A stretch of DNA of 64,000 nt, taken from Spirochaetia bacterium (GTDB lineage: Bacteria > Spirochaetota > Spirochaetia > SZUA-6 > Bin103). Below the pieces are notes generated by a model that was not told the DNA's origin, ran no database searches, and saw only the letters and a list, made by a program, of their open reading frames with translations. The DNA lies in the NCBI GenBank assembly GCA_965198005.1, contig CBDAOI010000004.1, forward strand, positions 1,024,001-1,088,000, given 5' to 3'. Below are positions 29,549 to 36,843 of this stretch, one piece after another; the first letter of the stretch is position 1, and every line of letters begins with the position of its first letter. The translations under genes were made by a program, and so were the position numbers.

Positions 29549-30685
29549 TCATCGGCGGAGCGGCGGGGCGTGGTCGAGGACGTACGTCATCAGCGACGGG
29601 ATGCCGGCCACCCAGACGACCGGCGGCAGTTGCCCCGGCGGGCTCCAGACGTAGCCCAGCCGATTCAATTCCTCGCGTGCCGCCAGCCGGCCCGCGGCGG
29701 CGTCGCCGGTCGCGGCCAGGGCGGCGTCGAGGTCGTGATCGGTTGCGGTGGCGGTGCCGGCCTCGAACAGCGGAGCCACCGCGGCGGCCGCCGGCAGCAG
29801 GCCGCGCGCCTCCAGTTCCCGATAGCGGTCCTGGTAGTAGTCCGTGACCCGCGCGACTACGTCAGGTCGCGCCGCGTCCGCGTCATCGTCGGTCAGCCGG
29901 GTCGCGCCGATGGCCAAGCGCCGTTTCCAGATCGCCTCACCCCAGAGCTGAATAAAGTACGGATACCGCTGGCTGTGCGCGACGACCGTGTCGAGCGCGC
30001 CAGCCGCGAGGCTCACGTCGTGGGCGGCCAGCGGCTCGACCAGGGCGGCGCGGGCGGCCGCGTCGCTCAGCAGGCCGATACCCAGTCGTCCTTCGCCCAA
30101 GCGGCTCCAGAAGGAAGCGTTCATGGTGCCGAGATGCGCCGGCAGGCCCGGCGTGCCGGCCAGCACCAGCAGGAACGGCGCGTTGGCGCGCACTTCCTGG
30201 CTGACGTTGAGCAGCAGTCGGCCCACGTCAGGCGCGAGCGTGTGGGCTTCGTCGACCAGCACGACAACGGGTTTTCTCCGGCAGCGCGCAGTCAACCGCA
30301 CCGTCAGGTCCTGCGCGGACGTGTCCAGCGCCGCCCATTCGGCTTGGCCGACGCCCGTGACGCCGAGTTTCCTGGGCAGGAACTTCCTGATGGCGGACAC
30401 CGGCAACAAGGCGTCGACCACGGCCTCCCCGGTCCGTACCAAGCTCGGTGACAGCCGGGCGACGTCGATCCGACCAGCTTCGCGGCAGGCACGCGTAAAC
30501 CAGTTGAGCAACACGGTCTTGCCGTTGCCGCGCGGCCCCATCAGCGCCACGTCGTGCGGCGGAACCTCGCCGCCAAGCAGGCCCGCCAAGCATTGCGTCA
30601 GCACTCCCTGCTCTGGTTCGCGCCCGGTCAGCGCCGGTGGAGCGGCGCCCGCTCCGGGAGTGAATACCCACTGCGGCGTGTTCAT
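29549..30685 (-). CDS. AAA-family ATPase of unknown function
   Basis: FTPGAG..LTGRE, Walker A GPRGNGKT, Walker B VLVDEAH, YPYFIQLWG. Confidence 0.85.
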   Translation of the reverse strand: MNTPQWVFTPGAGAAPPALTGREPEQGVLTQCLAGLLGGEVPPHDVALMGPRGNGKTVLLNWFTRACREAGRIDVARLSPSLVRTGEAVVDALLPVSAIRKFLPRKLGVTGVGQAEWAALDTSAQDLTVRLTARCRRKPVVVLVDEAHTLAPDVGRLLLNVSQEVRANAPFLLVLAGTPGLPAHLGTMNASFWSRLGEGRLGIGLLSDAAARAALVEPLAAHDVSLAAGALDTVVAHSQRYPYFIQLWGEAIWKRRLAIGATRLTDDDADAARPDVVARVTDYYQDRYRELEARGLLPAAAAVAPLFEAGTATATDHDLDAALAATGDAAAGRLAAREELNRLGYVWSPPGQLPPVVWVAGIPSLMTYVLDHAPPLRR

Positions 30686-30826
30686 GACTGCTCCGATGAA
30701 GTAACGCAGCCCACGCTGGTCGTCAAGGGTCCGGTCCGGAGGTCCTGGAGGTCTGGGCGGTCTGGCGCACTCTCTGGCGCAGCCTCTTGGGATGGCACGG
30801 GCTGACTCCCGCTGCTGCGCGGTCTT

Positions 30827-30912
30827 GGTCGTGACGGATGTCCGCGATCAGCGGCCGCAGGCGGCACACGATATACAGATCGGAGCGTCCGAACCTAAAC
30901 TGGTGGCGATGA
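30827..30912. repeat. 86-bp copy of an internal NUDIX segment (28855-28940), 3 mismatches
   Basis: Direct sequence comparison. Confidence 0.9.
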
Positions 30913-32177
30913 ATTCCGCCAACTCCGAACCCGAGGTGCTGGTCATCGGCGGCGGCGTGATCGGGATCTGCACCGCCTACTACCTCGCCCTGGGCGGGGC
31001 CGCGGTCACGGTGCTGGAGGAGCATGAGGTCGGCGGACCGCTGGCCGCCTCGTACGGCAACATCGGGCTGCTGACGCCGAGCCATTCCGAGCCGGTGGCG
31101 GCGCCCCACGTGATCGCGCAGGGTTTGCGCTGGCTGCTCGACCCGGACAGCCCGCTGTACGTCAAGCCGCGCTGGGACGCGGAGCTGGCGCGCTGGCTGC
31201 TGGCGTTTCGCGCCGCCTGCAGCCCGGCCCGCTGCGCGGCGGCGGAAGCGGAGCTGCTGCGCTGGCACCAGGTCTCTCTCGACCTGTACGCCGAGCTGTG
31301 CCCGCACCTGCCGCCGGAGGTGGACTTCGAGCGCACGGGCGGCGTGTACCTGTTTCGCGCGCAGCGCGACTGGGCGGAGGCGCTGCCGCGCTTCCACCGC
31401 GAGCGCCAGGGAGGCATGCGGATCGACCTCGCGGACACGCCCGAACAGGTGCGCGTGCTGGCCCCCGCGGCACTCCCGGCGGTGATCGGCGCCGCGCACT
31501 ATCACGACGACGGCCGCGTCATTCCCGACCTCTTCGTGAAGGCGCTGGCCGCGGCGGCGGCGGCCGAGGGGGCGCGGATCCACGAGCGGGTCACGGTGTT
31601 CGGGCTGGAACGGAGCGGAGCGGCGATTACCGCGGTGGCCACCAGCCGGGGCACGCTGCGGCCGCGCACGGTGGTGCTGGCCGCCGGCTTTCTCAGCCCG
31701 GGATTGGCGCGTGACGCCGGGCTGCGCCTTCCGATCCAGCCGGCCAAGGGCTACAGCATCACGGCCAAACGGACCGCCGAGTGTCCGAAGATCCCGCTGC
31801 ACCTGCACGAGGACCGGGTGGTGATCACACCGCTGGGCCCCGACCGGATGCGCATCGGCGGCACGTTGGAGCTGGCCGGCAACGACCGCAGCGTCAACCG
31901 GCGGCGGGTGGCGGCCCTGCAGCGCGCGCTCGCCCGCTACCTCTCCGGGATGGAGGAGCTGGAGCCGTTGGAGATCTGGCGCGGCATGCGGCCGCTGTCG
32001 GCCGACACGCTGCCGATCGTCGGCCGCGCGCGCGGCCTGGAGAATCTGGTGCTGGCCACCGGCCACGGCATGATCGGCATGTCCCTGGGCCCGATCAGCG
32101 GCAAGCTGGCGGCGGAGGTGGTCCTCGGCCGCCAGCCGTCGCTCCCGCTGGGCCTGATGCGCGCCGACCGCTACTGA
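30909..32177 (+). CDS. FAD-dependent D-amino-acid dehydrogenase/oxidase family
   Basis: VIGGGVIG, ASYGNIG, PAKGYS, WRGMRPLSAD..PIVG, ATGHGMIG. Confidence 0.9.
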   Translation: MNSANSEPEVLVIGGGVIGICTAYYLALGGAAVTVLEEHEVGGPLAASYGNIGLLTPSHSEPVAAPHVIAQGLRWLLDPDSPLYVKPRWDAELARWLLAFRAACSPARCAAAEAELLRWHQVSLDLYAELCPHLPPEVDFERTGGVYLFRAQRDWAEALPRFHRERQGGMRIDLADTPEQVRVLAPAALPAVIGAAHYHDDGRVIPDLFVKALAAAAAAEGARIHERVTVFGLERSGAAITAVATSRGTLRPRTVVLAAGFLSPGLARDAGLRLPIQPAKGYSITAKRTAECPKIPLHLHEDRVVITPLGPDRMRIGGTLELAGNDRSVNRRRVAALQRALARYLSGMEELEPLEIWRGMRPLSADTLPIVGRARGLENLVLATGHGMIGMSLGPISGKLAAEVVLGRQPSLPLGLMRADRY

Positions 32178-32226
32178 GGTTTTCGCGCGGCCGGCCGCTC
32201 AGGCGATTGCTGCGTGCTGGCGTCCC

Positions 32227-32391
32227 GGCGGCACTTCAGGATTCCTTGGTGGTAAGCTGGACTTGGTGGTGCAGAGATTTGTCGATGCCTGGATGGCTCT
32301 AAACATGTTCGGCGACGCCGTGCGGGACCTGCTCGACCCAAGGCTGAGGGGTGGCGGGGGGCGTCTGGGTCGTCTGGGTGCCGATGCTTGA
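32227..32391 (+). pseudogene. Collapsed DppC-like permease relic
   Basis: GGTSGFLGGKLDLVVQRFVDAWMA fused in frame to LNMFGDAVRDLLDPRLRGGGGR*; compare 9140-10054. Confidence 0.8.
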
Positions 32392-32424
32392 CCGGCGGCG
32401 GCGATCCGAGCACCATCGGCAGCC

Positions 32425-32871
32425 ATGGAAGTGTTGGCAGCCGCCGGCTGCGCCGTCGAGGACGCGGATCCGCGCACCTTCACGGGCGCGGCCACCATGC
32501 AGCGATTCGTCGCGGGCGCTCCGGACGCGGTCGGGCGGATCTACCGGGTGGCGTTCAGCCCCGGCGCCGCCACCCACTGGCATATCCACAGCGACGTGCA
32601 GATGCTGTTCATCGTCGAGGGTTGCTGCGTCGCGCAGGTCTGGGGCCAAGCGCCGCAGTTCGCCCGGGCGGGCGACGTGGTGCGCTTCGAGGCGGGCGAG
32701 AAGCACTGGCACGGGGCGACGGCCGACGGACCGATGACCCACCTGGCGATGAACTTCGGCGGCAGCACCGAATGGCTCGAACCGGCGCCGGGCGCGCCGC
32801 CGGACTACTCCTCAGGCCCGGAGTCGACCGGCAGCCCCGCCTGCTCCCAGTCCTCCTTGCCGCCGGCGTAG
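32425..32871 (+). CDS. Cupin-domain protein
   Basis: VAFSPGAATHWHIH..Q..EG, GDVVRFEAGEKHWHGA..MTHLA. Confidence 0.85.
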   Translation: MEVLAAAGCAVEDADPRTFTGAATMQRFVAGAPDAVGRIYRVAFSPGAATHWHIHSDVQMLFIVEGCCVAQVWGQAPQFARAGDVVRFEAGEKHWHGATADGPMTHLAMNFGGSTEWLEPAPGAPPDYSSGPESTGSPACSQSSLPPA

Positions 32872-33152
32872 TCCAGGACCCGGCGAAAGCCGAACGTCCT
32901 GAGCTTCCTGGCTGCCAGCTCGCTGGTCGGGCAGCCGGTGTTGGAGCAGTAGACGATCAGCCGCTGCCGGCGCGAGAACCGTTTACGGCAGGTGCGGCCG
33001 ATCCGCTCCAGCGGGATGTTGACCGCGCCGCGCAGGTGCAGCCGCGCGTACTCCGGCTCCGGCAGCACCTCGATCAGCACCGCCTCGCCCGCGGCCAGCA
33101 GCCGCTGCACCGTGGCGCGGTCGACGACTTCGACTTCGTCGCGCGTGCGCAA
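32805..33152 (-). CDS. Rhodanese-like protein
   Basis: HLRGAVNIP, IVYCSNTGC, YAGGKEDW. Confidence 0.85.
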   Translation of the reverse strand: MRTRDEVEVVDRATVQRLLAAGEAVLIEVLPEPEYARLHLRGAVNIPLERIGRTCRKRFSRRQRLIVYCSNTGCPTSELAARKLRTFGFRRVLDYAGGKEDWEQAGLPVDSGPEE

Positions 33153-33164
33153 TCGGGCGGCCTC

Positions 33165-34169
33165 CTACACCGGGAATTCGAGCTGTTCCGCGCGGAATAC
33201 CTCGCTCACCGACTGGCGGTTGTGGATCCGCGCGATGGCGTCCGCCAGCAGCGGCGCTATGGTCAGCACCTTGACCGCGCCGTTCATCCGCTTGCAGTCC
33301 GGCACCGGCACCGTGTTGGTGGTGACCAGGGCCTGTACCGACGGCCGGTGCAGGCGCTGGACTGCCTCCCCAACCAGCACGCCGTGGCTGACGCTGATGA
33401 TGACCGGCTCCGAACCCGCCTCGACCAGCGCGTCGGCCTGCTGGTAGATCGAGCCGCTGGCGATCACGTCGTCGATCAGCACCGGCGTCTTGCCGGCCAC
33501 GTCGCCGACGATGTCCACCACCTCCACCCGCAGCCCGGCAACCCCGGAGCGGCGTTTGTGGACCACCACCATCGGCAGCTCCAGGATCATCGCGTACTTG
33601 TCCGCCATCTTGGCCCGCCCCACGTCCGAGGCGACGACCACGCCGTTGGACAGGTCGAAGTGGTCGCGCAGATGGCGCGAGAGCGTGGTGACGGCAGTGA
33701 GGTGATCGACCGGGATGTCGAAGAAGCCCTGAATCTGGGTGGAGTGGAGATCGATCGACAGCACCCGGTCGGCGCCGGCGGTGGTCAGCAGGTTGGCCAC
33801 CAGCTTGGCGGTGATCGGTTCACGCCCGGTCGACTTGTGGTCCTGGCGGGCGTAGCCGAAGTAGGGGATCACCGCGGTAATCGTGGCTACCGACGCCCGC
33901 CGCAGCGCGTCGATCAGCACCAGCAATTCGACCAGATTGTCGTTCACCGGCAGACAGGTAGGCTGAATGACGTACGCGTCCACGCCGCGCACGCTCTGCT
34001 CTATCTGGACGTGGACCTCGCCCTCGTGGAAGGTCTGGAACCGTACCTCGCACAGCTCCCGCCCCAGCAGGTCCGCCACCTCCAGCGCCAGCGCGGGACT
34101 CGCCCGGCCGCAAAACAGCCGAAACCGGTCGCTGAGATCAAGTGGCTCGAAGACCCGTTCAGACAGCAT
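33165..34169 (-). CDS. prs: Ribose-phosphate pyrophosphokinase
   Basis: PYFGYARQD, REPITAKLVA, DLHSTQIQGFFDIPVD, LIDDVIASG. Confidence 0.96.
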   Translation of the reverse strand: MLSERVFEPLDLSDRFRLFCGRASPALALEVADLLGRELCEVRFQTFHEGEVHVQIEQSVRGVDAYVIQPTCLPVNDNLVELLVLIDALRRASVATITAVIPYFGYARQDHKSTGREPITAKLVANLLTTAGADRVLSIDLHSTQIQGFFDIPVDHLTAVTTLSRHLRDHFDLSNGVVVASDVGRAKMADKYAMILELPMVVVHKRRSGVAGLRVEVVDIVGDVAGKTPVLIDDVIASGSIYQQADALVEAGSEPVIISVSHGVLVGEAVQRLHRPSVQALVTTNTVPVPDCKRMNGAVKVLTIAPLLADAIARIHNRQSVSEVFRAEQLEFPV

Positions 34170-34265
34170 GCCGGTCCGACGATACCACCGGAGCGACCGG
34201 TCGTAAAGGTATCAAGCGGGTAGGGCGGGTAGGAACGGGACAGCGGGTCGGATGAACCGCTGGCG

Positions 34266-34517
34266 CTAGTTGCAGCAGGGACAGCCGCCGGGGTTGCAGG
34301 GAACGGTGGGCGCCGCCGCCGCCTCCGCGCCGGTCTGGCCGCCGCCGATCAGCGGCGCCGAGAACACGCGGCGCAGCGGCGCGTCGCGCGGGGTTTCGTC
34401 CGCCTCCGGATCGGTCAGATCGCACAGGTCTCCCCACGTCTGCAACGTGGCGGTCATGGCGTGGGTTACTTCGACGGTGCGCCCATTGGCGGCGCAATGA
34501 TAATCGTAAGCTGGCAT
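34266..34517 (-). CDS. FmdB-like zinc-ribbon protein
   Basis: MPAYDYHC..VEVTH..TWGDLC; Cys-rich tail. Confidence 0.75.
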   Translation of the reverse strand: MPAYDYHCAANGRTVEVTHAMTATLQTWGDLCDLTDPEADETPRDAPLRRVFSAPLIGGGQTGAEAAAAPTVPCNPGGCPCCN

Positions 34518-34610
34518 CGCAAGCCCCAGTAAAGCCGGTGATGGCAGGTGCGTCAAGCGCACGGTCGCACGGTCGCACAAGTCGCGCGGCGCGCCGCCCG
34601 GCGTCGATCG

Positions 34611-35576
34611 TCAGCCCGTGGCCTCGCCGGCGGGGCCCGCGGGCCGCGCCACCGACGTCGCCGGCAGATCGGGAAAGCCGTGCTGGTCGCGGTGCAGCGG
34701 AGCGTCGAAGAACTGGGTCGACTTGTACCATTCCCAGCGGCCGTCGGCGGCCACCGGCCGGACGCGGCGCACAAGCGCATCCTGCTCGGGATGGCTCATC
34801 GGCGTGAAGGTACGCGCCAGCGCGCTGTTATGCTCCACCTCCGCCTCCGAGGTCATGCCGGATACCAGCGTGGCGATGGGCTGGGACAGCGAGAACCGCA
34901 GGCACTCGTCCACCGCGAGCCCCACCTTGGTGAGGAACTGGCCGCGCCCACCGAGCGCTTTCATGCCGATCACGCCGATGCCGCGGCGCCGGGCCTCCGG
35001 CAGGACGGCGCCGATGAAGCTCTTGTAGTGCGGATCGAGGGCCGTCACCGGCATCTGCACCGCCGACCAGGGGAACTCGTGGCGCAGCATCGCCAACAAG
35101 TAGGCGGGATCCTTGTGCCCGGTGCAGCCCACGAAGCGCACCTTGCCCGCCCGCAGTGCCTGCAGCGCGGCCTCGGCCGCACCTTCCGCGGCGAACACCA
35201 GTTCGTCGTCGTTGGCGTAGTTGATCTCGTGAAACTGCCACAGGTCGATCACGTCGGTGCCCAGGCGGCGCAGGCTGTCCTCCAGGTTGGCGAGCGCTCC
35301 GGCCCGATCGCGCGCGCACACCTTGGTCATCAGGAACACGTCGGAGCGCCGGCCGGCGAGCGCCGCGCCCATCAGCCGTTCGGAGCGCCCTTCGTTGTAT
35401 TCCCAGGCGTTGTCCATGAAGGTCACGCCGCAGTCGATCGCGCGCCGGATGATGCGCACCGCGGCCGCGTCCGAATGGCCGACTTCAGGTTTCGCGACGT
35501 GCGCCCCGCCCATGCCGAGAATCGGGACCCGTTCCCCGGTGGCGCCCAGCGGCCGCGTGGGTAGATCAGTCTGCAT
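34611..35576 (-). CDS. Aldo/keto reductase
   Basis: RPLGATG, DNAWEY, FLMTK, SLRRLGTDVIDLWQFH, GKVRFVG, IGMK. Confidence 0.92.
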   Translation of the reverse strand: MQTDLPTRPLGATGERVPILGMGGAHVAKPEVGHSDAAAVRIIRRAIDCGVTFMDNAWEYNEGRSERLMGAALAGRRSDVFLMTKVCARDRAGALANLEDSLRRLGTDVIDLWQFHEINYANDDELVFAAEGAAEAALQALRAGKVRFVGCTGHKDPAYLLAMLRHEFPWSAVQMPVTALDPHYKSFIGAVLPEARRRGIGVIGMKALGGRGQFLTKVGLAVDECLRFSLSQPIATLVSGMTSEAEVEHNSALARTFTPMSHPEQDALVRRVRPVAADGRWEWYKSTQFFDAPLHRDQHGFPDLPATSVARPAGPAGEATG

Positions 35577-35718
35577 GGCGCCAACCGTATACCGCGGCGC
35601 GCCCCCGCGCCAACCGGCGGCCCTCACTGGGCCACTGCGCCACGCAGCGTTGCACGACGGCCCGTGCCGTGCCAGTATCAGGCGTGCACGTGCAGGCGGC
35701 GCCCTGCCTTGGGAAGGA

Positions 35719-35790
35719 AGCGCCTGAGCGGAATCGAACCGCTATCACGAGCTTGGAAGGCTCGGGTAATGACCCTTATACGACAGGCGC
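35719..35790 (-). tRNA. tRNA-Gly (TCC), no encoded CCA
   Basis: GCGCCTG acceptor stem, anticodon arm CGAGC-CTTCCAA-GCTCG, T-arm GGTTCGATTCC. Confidence 0.93.
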
Positions 35791-35853
35791 GGTGCCACCA
35801 GCATATGCCGCCGGCGCGCCGCTGTCTACCATAGCAAGACCGGGGGAGATGCC

Positions 35854-36111
35854 ATGGCTCAACGCGGCGAGTTGTTCAGCACGCGGGCGAACACGCCCAA
35901 GCGCACCTACTTCTTCAATGTAAAGGAAAATCGCACGGGCGACAGGTTCCTGAACCTCGTCGAGAGCCGCAAGCGGGACTCGACGAGGGAGGGTGCCGGG
36001 TTCGAACGGCAGTCGCTGATCGTGTTCGACGAGGACCTGGATCAGTTCGTGGCGGCGCTCGATCAGGCGGTCGACTTTCTGCGTACGTTCAGGAAACGCG
36101 ACTCACGCTGA
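35854..36111 (+). CDS. PUR-family (DUF3276) nucleic-acid-binding protein
   Basis: RGELFS..RTYFFNVKENRTGD.FLNLVES..FERQS..VFDED. Confidence 0.85.
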   Translation: MAQRGELFSTRANTPKRTYFFNVKENRTGDRFLNLVESRKRDSTREGAGFERQSLIVFDEDLDQFVAALDQAVDFLRTFRKRDSR

Positions 36112-36640
36112 AGCTCCGGCGATGAATCGCCGACGGCCCGTGCAGGCGCACCAGGAAGCGGTGGGAGGGCGTCGCGTAGCCCTTGTGCTCGTGGAAGTAG
36201 TAGGCGGGTTCGATGCGCGCGTAGCGGCGCATGAAGCGGTCGCGCTCGGTCTTGGCGATGATCGACGCGGCCATGATCTCGGGCACCGTGGCGTCGCCCT
36301 TGACGACGGCCCGGCACGGCCCGCGCAGCGGCAGCGCGAACCGGCCGTCGATCAGCACCTCGTCCGGGTCCACGCTCAGCGCCCGCAGTGCCCGCCACAT
36401 GGCGCGCAGCGAGGCATGGTGAATGTTGAACCGGTCGACCTCCTCGGCCGAGCACCAGCCGGTGGCCCAGGCCGTCGCCTGCCGCCGGATCACGCGCGCC
36501 GCCGCCTCCCGTTCGGCGGCGGTCAGCTTCTTGGAGTCGTCGAGCAGCCCGACCGGAAACCCGGCCCCCAGCACCACCGCCGCGGCGGTCACCGGCCCGG
36601 CGATCGGACCGCGCCCCGCTTCGTCAACGCCGCACCGCAT
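36089..36640 (-). CDS. rnhB: Ribonuclease HII
   Basis: GVDEAGRGPIAGPV, DDSKKL, LIDG, VKGD..AASIIAK, HKGY. Confidence 0.96.
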   Translation of the reverse strand: MRCGVDEAGRGPIAGPVTAAAVVLGAGFPVGLLDDSKKLTAAEREAAARVIRRQATAWATGWCSAEEVDRFNIHHASLRAMWRALRALSVDPDEVLIDGRFALPLRGPCRAVVKGDATVPEIMAASIIAKTERDRFMRRYARIEPAYYFHEHKGYATPSHRFLVRLHGPSAIHRRSFSVSRVS

Positions 36641-36798
36641 CGGTCGCCCGCGCCAGCGTAGCGCAGCGCGCGCCCGACTGCAAAGGCCGCCGGCGGAACT
36701 TGCCGGGGGATCAACCCTGCGCCGCCCGCCTGCCGACGCCGCGCCTGCCGCCCGCGCCGCCCGCCCGCCGCCGCTGCCGCCGCTCCCGCTGCCGCCGC

Positions 36799-36827
36799 TT
36801 GACGTTCCCGGCTGCGGGTGCTACTCT
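36799..36827 (+). promoter_or_regulatory. Sigma70-type promoter upstream of smc
   Basis: TTGACG, 17 bp, TACTCT. Confidence 0.5.
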
Positions 36828-36843
36828 CGATTCGAACTGGGAG

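Noticed and set aside
36720-36798. Low-complexity CCG-rich tract between rnhB and smc
   Set aside because: No fixed period; compatible with the background GC bias.
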